Shown here: positions 1-13,455 of the stretch, one piece after another
Layout: the number at the start of each line of letters is the position of its first letter
Position numbering within the stretch: position 1 is the stretch's first letter
Assembly: GCA_043228905.1 (NCBI GenBank)
Contig: JBHGNT010000004.1
Span: 25,668,001 to 25,732,000 of the forward strand
Direction: 5' to 3'
DNA: 64,000 bases
DNA from: Azolla caroliniana
Lineage: Eukaryota > Plantae > Polypodiophyta
Notes under the pieces: generated by a model
Seen by the model: only the letters and a program-made list of their open reading frames with translations
Databases searched by the model: none
Told to the model about the DNA's origin: nothing
Translations under genes and position numbers: made by a program

Positions 1-2933
1 AATCAGTCTTTTCAACAACAACTTTCACATTGTCTCTGGGCGTAGTAGTGTCACCTTGGACATGAGCATCCCATTCCTCTTCTAGCATGAGTGATGATAA
101 GGTCTTCTCATTTGGAACAGTCGGTAGCAACAAAGACTTGTTTTTAGTAGACACATCATTGGCTATGTAACCACCTGTCATCATTGACCTCATTTGCTCA
201 AAAAACAAAACTTGGACAATGATCCGTAGTGGAAGATGTTCATTTTGGGCTACATGCATGCACACATCCATAGATAGCTTCTTACAATCAAGAAGCCTAC
301 AAATTCTTTTCTTCTCAGCCTTTGTCAGTTCTTTATGTTCCTGCAGTGTCGCACCATTAGCTAATGTCCAACTGTCTCAAAAAGATTAGTTGTCTGCATA
401 CTACAATTGTTTACTTATAGGGAAAAACACCAAACTACCCCTAACTGTTTGGGTATTGGGTTATTCCTCATAATTGCCCAACAAGTTAGGGGTTTTCTGA
501 TGTGTTTAGTCCTTTACTATGTTTATAAAAAGCCGGGTGTAATCATACCTTGAGGTACACATCAATCGCTCTATAAAGACCATCGTGAACCTGTCGAGCG
601 AAGCCAGGCACGAGCTCAGCGAGACCAATGAATTTGGACAATGTCAAGTTCGGGTCTTTTGCTATCTCAGCCAAATATGCATCCACAAGCTTTGAAACCC
701 TCAACATGGAGCTACTTATAATAGATGAAGTAGAAGATTGGGTCTCATGAATGACACCACCTTCACCTATGAGACTGGTTTTGATGCAGGGAGGAGCTAA
801 TTCGGGCCTGGTTTCTCGAGCCATAAAATGCTCTAGAATGGATTGAATCATATCTACATCATAAACTGATTCATTTGCATAAGAGAAAGAAGGTATGAGA
901 ATATCATTCAATGATGCATCGTCCAATTGCATTCCGATCCTTCTTGTGAGATCCATTTTCAAAGGCAATGCAGCATCGAGTAACAATGCTGCCTTGAGTA
1001 ATTTAAGCATAAAGGTACATGAATAGGAACCTTTTTCCGAGGGCAAGAGACTGACAATGACCTCTAAGAAATGCCGATGCTTCGATACCATCTCTATGTC
1101 GCCGTAATCATCGGCATAGGAAGCATCCACAGGGACAAGATTCACCTTCTGGTCCTTTAATATGGTCGGCAAGCATTTGTAAGCATATACCATAAGCGCT
1201 TTCCAAATCACACCACTCCCTATCCTCCCTTTAGATTTGATGGCCGATACTACCCTATGGTAAAGATCAATGTCCAATTGACAAATATCTTCTACCCACC
1301 AATCACTTGGAGCCATCTTCTTCTCATCCATATTTTGATGAGCAGCATTACCATCCAATGGAGTGGCACTTTGATTGGTTGGGATGGTCCCAGGCCTCAA
1401 TGTCGAGGGATTAGAGACTCTGGTGTAAGTGAATGACCAAGTGACTTTGGCCTGATCCACAGATGCCATCGAGGCAATTGAATCAATGCATGTGGCAACA
1501 AGCCTGAGATCTTCGGCCCATGGAAGGAGTAATTTGGTGGATTGAAGGCTAATAATACAATCTTTCCAAGCTCGAAAGATACACGAGTTCAAGAAATAAT
1601 CTATCATAAAGATGAGGTTTCCTTTTTCCATCTCTTCAGTCATTTCCAAGTATTGAGCGGCACAACGTACGGCAATGACATTGAACGCATTGAGAGTAAC
1701 TGCAATGCCATAGCAAAATTTTGCACAAAGCACAAAGGCTTCGGTTGTGCCTGGAATATCTTTGATGTGGATCACTGTGTCAGTATTTGTGACATTGATT
1801 TCTGACACGAGGCTGCGAAGATATCCAGACTTTGACAATAGAGGATACTGCAACCATATGCACATTACAAATACATGGTCCAAACAAGAACAACTAATCT
1901 AGAAAGTTGAGCATGAACAATATTAACAACTTCATCATCATAAGACATCATACATATTAACAACTTCACCATCATAGAAATCTGTACTTATGTCATTGAA
2001 ATTTTAGTTTGTTTTTATTTTATCACCATTGAGATAAAATATTGCGAGAAAGCACACACACTCTTTCCACACATTTTTAATGTAGGAAAGTATGATGAAC
2101 ATCACTGATATTGTAGATATGTTTTACAGGGAATTTTGTAATTCTGGAATCTTTCCAAATAATATCATGTAAATGTAAAACAGACATATACACACAAATA
2201 TAGATGCATTCTCCTTATATAATTAAGAACAATATCATAACAAAGAAGAGAAACCATACCTTATGAAGATGGAATTGTATGCCTCCGGCTTCAATAACCA
2301 AATCACTAGGGAGATCATTCACCACAGTTCTGTTTTTGGGGGAAATAATCAGTAGTCTATCAGAAACCCAATCTTTCTTTTCGAGAACTCGTTTGTAAAA
2401 TTTAACTCAAACCACATTCTTTTAATCACTCCTAATTTCCATAATAATGCATTGCAATTTGCTAATAATATGAAACCGACCAATTTGAAGTAAAATTCAG
2501 TCTAATGACAAAACTGATTTTCCTTACTCGATAAATCTATGCAAACCTTAATATTTATTTGAAAATCACTAGATTTTCCTTCTTGGCAAGAATTCATGTT
2601 AGAATACGAACTCTGTGAAACTAATTTTCCATCTCAATGCATGGATTTGATCTATGTGAAACCCAGTTTCCATCTCAAAACAAATCTACTTCAGAATTAG
2701 TCCATCTCTTCTCAACGAATCTATGTAAAACAATTAACTCATAAAAAACATTCATAATGTGTATAAAAATCCAATCTCCTCCACAACAAATCTATGTAAA
2801 AATCAACTCTGATTACGACCTAAATTCACTATTTCTTGTTTTGTTTTTGTTCTCATAAGATTTTGATCACTTACACAACATTTTCGTGGGTCTTGAATAT
2901 ATCTTGCTTCGATCCAAGCTTCATATGCTTCAT
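1..2933 (-). CDS. NPY: BTB/POZ-NPH3 domain protein, NPY/MAB4-like (3' end beyond window)
   Basis: Exons read by eye with GT-AG borders: 2875-2933 ([17 protein letters not shown]-type N-terminus), 2260-2329 ([19 protein letters not shown]), 549-1847 (YPLLSKSG...CAKFCYG...DWWVED...[13 protein letters not shown]) and <1-340 ([23 protein letters not shown]...[19 protein letters not shown]). Phases are consistent. Confidence 0.93.
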
Positions 2934-3142
2934 TTTTTCCTGTCTTCGTCTTCCTCTGTTGTGATAAAACGAATAGTGTAAAGTAGAAAAGCTTAATGCA
3001 AGCCATGAACCTCTCCGAGCAGCAGGGTATCAGAAAAAAGTTTGAAAACTGATGGAATGCATGATACGAAAAGAAAAAGGGAGAAGGAAAAGCTTAACAC
3101 CATAAACCCTAAAGCAGTTTTTACACGATGGGCGTATTAGTA

Positions 3143-3490
3143 TTTAGGGTTAGGGATAGGAGTAGGGTTCAAATGAAAGTAAGGTTAGAGTTAGGGTTCA
3201 AATTTAGGCTAGAGTTAGGAGTAGGGTTCTAATTAGAGTAGGGTTAGCGTTAGGGTTCAAATTAGGGTAGTGTTAGGATAAGGGTTGAAATTAGAGTAGG
3301 GTTAGCGTTAGGGTTCAAATTAGGGTAGGGTTAGGATAAGGGTTCAAATTAGAGTAGGGTTAGCGTTAAGGTCCACATTAAGGCAGGTTTAGGATTACGG
3401 TTCAAATTAGAGTAGGGTTAAGGTCCACATTAAGGTAGGGTTAGGATTACGGTTCAGTTTAGGGTAGCATTAGGGTTAGGGTTTAGGGTA
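3143..3490 (+). repeat. Degenerate telomere-like (TTAGGG/TTTAGGG) tandem array with 29 bp units
   Basis: Alternating units aattagagtagggttagcgttagggttca and aattagggtagtgttaggataagggttga; exact tttaggg at both ends. Confidence 0.85.
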
Positions 3491-6400
3491 CAAGATTATA
3501 TTAGCTAACTGAAAGTGCTAGTAGGTTCCTAGTGCCTAACAATTTCATGGGTTCATGGAGTAAGCATGACAAACTTTTTACACACACACACATACATGTT
3601 GCGCGTTGGCCCACGAGTTCATACAACTTATCGATAGAAATATGTTCTTGGGAATGTGCATTTTTACGTGATTACATACATTTACAAGAAACTTACGTAA
3701 GTCAAACTATCGTGTGCTCATCATTTTGATGTCGGCCTTCATGAAGCTCGAACTTCCAAGTTCAGATACAACTAATCCACTTTCACATGTGACCATTAAC
3801 CAAAAACGTAAAGCAAGATCATAAATGTTATAATTGTAGTTCCGATTCATGTATTTATGAAGTCTTGACCCCAAATATAAGACAGATGCTCCTATTTAGG
3901 CATCTCATACTTTGCTAGACTTATTGCTCGCTTCCCGTGTTCTTTCCTTAGTCATCTAACATGAGAGGCAACCCATAGTAGAAAACTAATGAGTGTGCGA
4001 GATCACACATTGTCCAAAACCTACTAGTGCACGTTAACAACTTCACTCCATCATCAAACATGAAGTTCATTCTTTGTTTTGAAATAAAGAGTGTTGTGTT
4101 TCCTTATCATCTCTCTTCCTATTTAAATTTATTTTTAAAGTGAGATGTTTTTCCATTTCTTTCTTGACTATACCAAACTCAAAGTTGATTGTGCCAATTT
4201 TCCCTTGATTTGAATTGTGAATTTGTATGTTATTGTATGTTATAAATATATTTGATACCCCATATGAATGTAATTTATTTGTCAACTTTCTTGATTATGA
4301 GCTTGATCTTAATTAAATGTTTTTAAATAAGCAAATACACTTTTTTATTGTATCCTACATGTCAACATAGTTTTATCTATTCATCCATCATTCTTTGCCC
4401 ATGAAGAATCCAATGCTAGGGAAGGATTGATATACTTGACGAGGAGTTGATTGATCACGTGATTCTATTCTCATTTACAAATGAATATTCATTCATTTTA
4501 GGTGAGAACAAAAGACCCTCTAAAACTATGTTTTTAAGTTCAACATGTTGCAATTTTATAGCAAGACCTAGATGGTGTCACTCCATATCCTAAAGTGAAA
4601 AAGGAGAGCCAACAGCCTATGACTTGATCTTGGGGCCAACATTCATCTTGATTGGATGTTTTCACCCTTGCCAACTTCCTAAATCCGTCAAGTCACATTT
4701 TTTATAAGAATGCATCAATTGTGATTTGGAATTTCAAGACACCATTAGATGATAATTCATAGGAACATCTCTTAACAACAGTGAACAGTATTTGGCATCA
4801 ATTGTCATATGCAATGTCAATGACACGTTTGAAGAGTAAGTAGAAAATTAAAGATGCAACATCTCTTAACAACAATGATCTCTCCCTTTTTAGGAAATGA
4901 CATGCTATTCATTATGGGGGTCTCTCCCTTTTTAGGAAATGACATATTATTCATTATGACATATTAGGAAATTGTGTTTCATTGCAAATTGCAAGGAAAG
5001 TGGCAAATTGCAATACCATGACCAATCTTCCGCATAGTGAGTAAGGTTCTCTCTACTACCATATGCTTGGTAATAAATGTAGTGTCAACTAGAATGGACA
5101 TAGATGATCCAATGCCTCTACGAAGAATATCATTCTCCTAGCAAGCATCTGAAAATGCACATCCTAATAACTTCCCTATACCTCTACCTACACATCATAT
5201 GCATATTACATATATAGCTCATCAAGATCATACCTCATCATTCAATGTTAGACCTAGGTTGCTAGTGCATCTCGATTAAGACCTTGCTTTGGTGTGCCAT
5301 TTGTGCACTTTGTAACGAACGCTAGGGTTTGTGAACAAGGATGAGTCACAAGGAATATCGGGGCAACTACTTGTGTCATGGATATACCAAATAATAACTA
5401 TTGGTCTTTTCCCTGCCTAGATAATTTTTGCGATTTGGACAAAGATTGTGCATAATCTCAGAGATTCTTTGGATAACATAAAAGGTAGTACGCAATAGGA
5501 GCTCAAACTATTGGAGTTTCATGCCATCTAGGACAAATGAATATTATTTAGACGGATTTCTGATAATGTGAGTAGTTCTACTCTACACAAAAGTATTTAT
5601 TTAAGTCAATGATTAGAATTTAGAAAGGGGCTCATTACCGAAAGGTACATCTTTTGTGTGCAACCTTAGGGCGTTTTCTTAATACTAATGTAGTATCTTC
5701 TTTTAGAAAAAAAACTATTAGTCTTTTGAAGAAGGTTTTTTAAATGCTCAAATTTAAGAATATTGAGAAAACAAGTGCAAGTTATAGAGCCTTGTCAAAA
5801 TGCAAAGCTACTCCTTGACATAGTTTTGAAGTTGAAAGGTAAAACAACATTGTCTTGCAAAACAAATGAAGTAGCCTAGTTTTGGAGTCAAAAGTGCAAA
5901 ACAAATAAAGTAGCCTTTTTTTGGCACATTGTTTTAGCAATATATATGTTACAATTCACTCAAAGTTATAGCCTAGACATGCATGGATGTCTTGAGTTTT
6001 GAAACAAGTTTTGAATTACGTAATACTATGGAAGAAAGAGTCATTTTGGCAAAGATATTGTACTAAAACTTGAAGAAAATGCAACGAATTTTTATCAAGT
6101 TTCTTGGAGCTAGAGTTCAATTTCACTATCAAAGGATGACATGTAGAGCCTATAATGTTCTTATAATATATGATTTTCAACATTCCTCTTGATATATTTC
6201 ATTGATGTAGCAAAAGGTTATAGATCATGTTATTTACAAAATAGCTCATAAGATTCAAAATTCCAATTGATACATTTTATTTTCAACTTTCTACTTAGTA
6301 CAATAAAAAGGTGAAGAGTATTACTTGGTGTGCTTTAACACGATATTAGCTTAACATGAACCGAATTTCACATGGAGAAGAAATTGCTAATCGTTCCCCA

Positions 6401-9400
6401 TTTTCATAACCTGAATCATGGACATATGAAGTTGTTAGTCAATAGATATAACACATAGAACCTAGTACATCAAATTTTAGTTTATGCTAATATAAACAAT
6501 GCATGATTAAGTCAAAGTAGAATCCTAAGATCCCATTCTATAGGTTCAGCATGTGCAAGTAATAACACACCTTAGAAATGATGAAAAAACACTAGCACAT
6601 GATGCTTTGAGGTAAAACAAAGGCATGACGTAATTTACATGAAAAAAATATGGTAATGTCAATTCCTATTGCCTAACAATGAAATGGTTTCACACTTAAT
6701 CAACATAGATATTGTGTGTGTATGCATATTGGACTTGGAAACAACCTAAATACAACCATTATTTCACTCAAAGTTGGAATACTCTTTCCCGATTTTATAA
6801 GAAAGGATATGTGGAATTAAGAGAAGAATCCAAACTTGTTTAAAAAGCCTAAACATGCATTGATGTCTTGAGTGGGCAATTCATATTATATTTGAAGGGA
6901 TGACATTTCTCGCATTTTATATGGTCTTCTCATGAGTCAATTTGTTAGAAGGAAAAAAACTTAGAAACTTTGTCTTCCTTTACTTCGACATAGACAAATG
7001 TTTCACTTTCGAAGGCATAATGAGTCAAAAAATGCGATGCTTGCATGTTTTATATTGTAAATAAACTAAATGCTAATTTCGAAGGCAATCTTGAAATAAG
7101 AAAAGGTTTTCCATCCCACGGAAAAAATATTTACAATCAAGAACTTGTTTCATGTTGCAAATGTCTATATTACTAATTGTTTGAAAATGAATTCAAGATA
7201 GACTTTCGTAAAGAATCACATAAAGATAACCATGCAAAGATGACAAGTCCCTAGGAAACACAAGAGAATTTTATGAACTACATATATCATGTAAAGATAG
7301 AGAACCATTACTGCAATGAAAAGCATGCACATTTTCTTCTCATAGTACGATATATCCCAATCATTGAATATGTTGTGTTTTATTTATGTTGCATATGTTT
7401 GCATGCCACTGTAGTAATTACATCAACACCTCATGTCTGCATATTAGAGTTACTAATGGTTATTAGTTCATAACAACATTTTTGAAGCTCACAACATTAC
7501 TGAAGTAAATGTGTGTGTATATGTATCTATATCAATGAGTTGATCATAACTACATGTAAAACCAAACCTTTCATAAAGTTTCATTGGTTTGTCCAAATAT
7601 AATTTGATCTTCTCTTGATCTTAGATGCCTCATTGCATATTGGATTAGCATCTAGATATTTTAGATTGTGCACTTTGCACTAGTGTAATGACAAAGAGTT
7701 GAGATATGGCTAGGAAATGCATTTGATGTCTACATGCATGGTTTTCTAATGTCATCTTGTGTTGCATGTGTGCATCAATCTCCCCAATATATATAGAACC
7801 TACATACATTTTCTTCTTCTTTTTGTATGAATACGAGTTCCGGTATTTGGTTCCCTTACCTTGTACAAATTTTTTTAATTATTTAAAAATAATTGAAACT
7901 ATTCCAAAATAGGTTACACTAAATGTGTGTAAAAGTATATTTAAGCAATAAACAATTCAACATGTTCAATTTTTCAACATCAAAATAGCAACATCTCAAC
8001 AAATTCTTCTAGGTGAAGTTTTTTAGTTTTGTCCAGGGTGAGAGGTTATTTTCTCTACAAAGATCTAAAGAAGCTCCTAAATTCAGCAACGATATTACAT
8101 GAAAGGCCTTTGTGTTTTTTATACCCTAGTTGACATTGCCTTTGCTTTTTGTGAGGCTTTGGACATTACATGTTGTTCACACCTTGTAGACTTCTCACCT
8201 TAGTGTGAAATAGTAAAGTGGAGCTAATTAGGCACAAGGGAAAGAAAAACTACAAATGAAGTGGTTAGGGTATCTTATCGGGGATTGAACAAGCTTCTCC
8301 ACTTGAGGAAAGAAATGATTAAGGAGCTTAGTACTTGGCAATTGACAACCGAGTGTGTCAAGTTTATTGAGAATTTTGTCTCCTCAAAATTGAAAAAAGG
8401 CACACATGCTTCATTCTTGTGCATACCATATAATTAATCTTCTTACTCATTTTTAAGCAATATATTTTTAACTCTAATAAGGGTTTTTGTAATAATTTCA
8501 AGGGGAAGACAAAGTTGATAACTTGTGTCTTTGTAATCACATCTTACTTACTATAAACTCGGCAAGTCAATGAAATTTTCTAGGGTTTCTAAATTTAGTT
8601 AGTTTTCTATTAATCATGTCAAGCATTTTTAATAGATCAAGCGAGATGAATTGTCGAGAATGAGTAGGTTTGTTTGGAAATTGCTAGATTTTTTTTTGGC
8701 TCAATCAAGCCTGGAACTAGTAGGTATGCAACCTACACACAATTTCATGTGTAAGGAAAAAACATGAATCACGGACATGGCTTTGGGTTCTACATCAATC
8801 AAAGTTGTCTTGTTCCAAAATTGCTTCTTTTTTCTCAATCAAGCCATAGAACTTAAAGCTTTGGCCAACATACAAAAGTATGAAGAAACAAAAAAGGCAA
8901 TTATGAAACAAGGCAACTTTGTTCATCGAGGTTGGAAATAAGCTCTTACGTAAACATTCTCCAATAAAGTTGTTGCATCTAGTAGATTGAGCTTTGAAAT
9001 ACTAGACATCATCCTCACACTTTTCTTATATAATTAATTTTATTAAAGAGGCCATTAAGATCAAGAATCAAAATGTTACTAGAAGTATCATTGCTCTTTC
9101 ACATTGCGTAAAAGTCACGTGTAGCGCAAATTGATAAGTTTGGATCTACATGAAGGAAAAGCCAATCATACAACATGGTAACAAAAGAATGAGTTACTTC
9201 AAGATCTTCACTAGTCCAATGGTTTGTGCATGCATGTTTGAAGCAATGGTTTTTGAGAACCTAAAAATCATCCAAAAATATCTATCGATTCACCTAATCC
9301 TTCTAGGTTGTGACGATGCTTGAAAGGTCCATCTTTCTCAAAAAAGACCAAGGATGATTTTAGACCTGGCACACTATGGAAAGTTTATTTTGTTGGCACC

Positions 9401-10346
9401 ATCTATCACTAAATTTTGAATTTAAAGTACAAATGATGAGGTTCATACTCATAAATTTTAAGATAAATAACTGGCCTGAATGAACTAGTGCATGGAAGAA
9501 GGGATGGAATGAGATCATTCATACCATATGATAACAGAAGTGAAACGGTGTTTTTGAAAGTAAGGTGGCATGGCAATAGAATAGCCATAATATAGTTGTG
9601 GTCATAAAAAAGGTAGAGCCAATATCCAAGCTCTTCAAGAGTAAGTAGCTAGACATAAAAAGTTTCAAGTGGGATCTGATTTTTTGGCCAAAGAATTGTA
9701 ACTAGAAGTTTCCTTAGCTGTACATTTAGCATTCTGCAACTTGTAAAGAACATCATTAATTTCTAACTACTTTTTGAAAAAGAGGTGTGGTGTCCACGCT
9801 TACCACGCATAACCCAAAAAAAATGGGTTTTGCAAACGTGTTATAAAACAAAGAAATACACCACACGAGTAGGTGGAAAGTGTACCCATTCTTGTTCTTA
9901 TTTTATCCAGGGCGTTTGAGGCAACTTTGTAGCCTGCTTCTGCCCATCACATCCCAATTATAGTAATGTATCACATGGGACATTTTGTGCCTCGGATTTT
10001 TTGAGCATTTCATAGTGTGTGCTTGATCAGCATCAATCCTGGCTCTTCCACTAAATCAGTGGTAAATGACAAGGGTGGGGGTTTACTGCACTAAGGTTTG
10101 GTGGTTATCTTTGTATTGTAAACGCCATTATATGTAATATCTTTGGGTTCTGGAAAGGCTATGGAAGGATGGTGAATCTGCATCAAATTTTGTGGCAATC
10201 TTACACATTTTTGGCCAAAGAGAACATCTTATTGATCATCCACAAATGAGTTGCAACATCTGATGGAAATGTGGAACATCTTTATGAACCTTTCTCATCT
10301 TTTGGAGGAAATGGATGGACACCTAGGTCACTTTCATGCCCTTAAT

Positions 10347-13258
10347 TCATGCTTCAGTTTTTGCTAGCAAATATGCCACTTTTCCAGCTTCTGCATGCAT
10401 ACCAGCAGCTGCATATATATTAGCCATGCATATATATGCAAGGCCACATGTCTCATCAACCTCTAATGTTTGGGAAAAGACCCATTTCGCAACCTCCACT
10501 TCTACCCATTTCTGGCAAGCGCCCAATAGAGACAAAAGTAATGGAAGACGATCAGAAGAATGCACTTTTTCGACTAAATTTTTGGCTTCAGCAAAATGGC
10601 CTGCCCTACTGAAGAGGTCAACCATGCAAGTGTAGTGTTCTGATGCCGGAAAAAGATTATATAGAAAATGCATGTCAGTGAACATGATTTGTCCCTCCTT
10701 CACAAGACCAGCATGACTACATGCAATGAGCAAAACATGAAAGCTGAGGAGATCTGGCTCAATACCTTCTGATACCATTTTGTAAAATAAGTCTAAAAGT
10801 TTTCTTGCTTGACCTAGTTGAGCATACCCAGCCATAAGTGAGTTCCACGATGCAACATCCTGTAAATGAATCTCATCAAATACTTCTTGTGCTTTCACTA
10901 TTACTCCACACTTTGCATACATGTCCACCAATGTTGTAGCAAGCATAGCATCTTTTCCCAATAATCCTTGCTTATTTACATCACCATGTACCTCTTCTCC
11001 TATTTCTAGAGATCCAGAGCTACCACATATTTTCAAAATGCAAATGAATATGACTGCGTCAGGGGATAAACCATCATCTTTCATCCGTCTGAAACAATAA
11101 AAAGCTTCATCACTAAGGCCATGCTGGGCATAACCAGAAATCAGTGTTCTCCATGCTACAACATCATGTGTTTGGAGCTGTTCGAATACTTCACGTGCTT
11201 TTTTGAGTACACCACACTTGATATACATGTCGACCAATGTAGTATTAAGCACAATGTCTTTTTCCAATAAACCTCGCTTGTGTACCTCGTCATGTATTCG
11301 TTCCCCTATCGTAAGGGATTCTGCATTCCCACATGCTCTTACAATACAAGCAAAGGTAACAGCATCTGGAGTGATGGCCTCATCATGCATCTGCCTTAAG
11401 CAATTCAAAGCTTCATTGAGAAGCCCATATTGGGCATAGCCAAATATGAGGGCATTCCAGCATACAATATCCCGTTCAGGAAGTTTATCAAACACTTCTC
11501 GTGCTTTTTCCACCATACCACCCTTGGCATACATGTCCACTAATGCTGTACAGAGCACAATGTCTTTTTCTAATAGCCCTTGCTTGAAAATCTTGGCATG
11601 TACCTCAATTCCTATGCGGAGATATCTTGTGCCGCTGCAAGATTTCAAGATGGAAGCAAACGTTACCAAATCAGGAGGAATGCCTTCTTCTTGCATTCGC
11701 CTGAAGCAGAGCAAGATGTCATCACTTCGCCCATGCTCAACATATCCATCCATCAATGCATTGTAAGAGACAACATCCCGTACTACAATCTCATCAAATA
11801 CTTCCTTTGCCTTTTCCAACACGCCACATTTGGCATACATGTCTACGAGTGTTGTTCTTATCATTATGTCTCTCCCCAATAACCCTCGGTTCTTAACTTC
11901 AGCATGTATTTCTTCCCCAATCTCAAGAAATCCTGTGTTTCCACAAGCTTTCAAAATACATGCAAAGGTGACTGGAGTTGGGGAAATTCCCTTCTCTCGC
12001 ATCTGCTTGAAGCAGTTCAAAGCTTCATTGCCCAGTCCCTGTTGAGTATAGCCTGTGATCAATGAGCTCCATGACACAACATCCTTTACCGGAAGCTCAT
12101 TGAACACCTCTTGAGCTTTTCCAAGCATGCCTAATTTGGCATACATGTCCACCAATACATTACCAAGCACAATGTCTTTCTCCAATAACCTCTTCTTCTT
12201 GACCTCAACATGTATAGTTTCTCCCAACTTACGGGATCCCGTGCTACTACAAGCTTTCAAAACACATGCATATGTGATTGCGTCAGCAGAGATGCCCTCA
12301 TCTTGCATCTCTTTGTAACAATTCAACGCTTCATTACCAAGCCCACACTGGACATATCCTGAGATCAATGTACTCCAAGATACCGCATCTCTCACAGGAA
12401 GCTCTTTAAGAACTGTTCGTGCTTTTTCAAGGACGCCACATTTGGCATACATACCCACCAATGATGTCCCGAGCATAACATTTTTAGCCAATAGCCCTTG
12501 TTTACGAACCTCAGCATGTACCTCTTCTCCTATCTCAAGACATCGTATGTTTCCACAAGCTTTTAAAATGAAAGTAAAAGTGAAAGAATCAGGAGAAATA
12601 CCCTCATTTCTCATTTGCTTAAACCAATTTAAAGCTTCATCAGGAAGACCTTGCTGGACATAAGAAGCGATGAGTGCACTCCATGATACAACATCTCGTT
12701 CCGGAAGCTCGTCAAACACCTTTTGTGCTTCTTTGATGGATCCACATTTAGAATACATTGAAATCAAGGCCGTATTGACATAGATGTCATTGGAAAATGA
12801 TACTTCTTTCTTTGACCAAAGATCAGCATGTATTCTACGGGCTTTTTGAAGGTCTTTTTCTCTGCCACATGACTTGATCAAGTTCAAAAGCGCAAGACGG
12901 TCTTGGGAAGAAGCACGAGGAAATACCTTGTTTGTTGAATCGATTTGAAGCTGAAATCGACCTTCATTTGGGTCGTGTCCCGCGAGCTTCTCTTGAAGCC
13001 TAGGCGGATTTGATCTTCGGTCGACCCATAAAGGCTCCCTATTCTGTTTATGCCTGAAATTAGGAAACCTAGTGCTTACCTGCAAAGAGCAAAAAGAAAA
13101 GAAACTGAAGTGAAAATGCAAGGCCAAAAGCGCACAAAACATCACCTTTCTTTCAACACAACGCTTTGCTTTACCTTTTCTTCCTTAGTGCCCCAAAGCT
13201 CAGAGGAGTCGCAGAAGGAATCCCTCCGCAGCAGCACATTGGAAGGTCTGCATGACAT
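10347..13258 (-). CDS. PLS-class pentatricopeptide repeat protein with E domain (PCMP-E-like), probable organellar RNA editing factor
   Basis: Uninterrupted ORF with about seven P-L-S triplets (LVDMYAKCG...A..VF..L..RDVVSW..LI.GY...G...EAL..F..M...GI.PD..TF..ILKAC), ending HYTCMVDLFSRAG...LLGAC...YICMANIYAAAG with no DYW. Probable true start is exon 13175-13258 spliced (95 bp intron) to 10347-13079; the N-terminus is uncertain. Confidence 0.93.
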
Positions 13259-13401
13259 CTGCTCCTCCTCCTCAGCGAATGGCCTAGGGATTGATCGGGA
13301 GAATAGACACAGAGTGTACAACTATGTATGAGATCACCCAAATGCCCACATACCGACATGAACCCGGGCTTCCCCTCAAAATGTGAGTGTGGATTGATGT
13401 A

Positions 13402-13455
13402 CATGTATGTATGTATGTATGTATGTATGTATGTATGGATGGATGGATGGATGGA
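13402..13455. repeat. Compound microsatellite (ATGT)n-(GGAT)n
   Basis: Direct reading; lies just upstream of the PPR gene. Confidence 0.9.

Noticed and set aside
4760-4970. Small local duplications (tctctccctttttaggaaatgacat x2, catctcttaacaaca x2)
   Set aside because: Ordinary slippage-type duplications with no further structure.
5300-9800. Coding-like texture suggesting a long decayed gene or transposon; a 27 bp motif recurs at ~5970 and ~6847
   Set aside because: The frames I translated are full of stops and I could not recognise a protein family.
10336-12663. Series of + strand ORFs with repeating motifs
   Set aside because: Antisense shadows of the PPR repeats.
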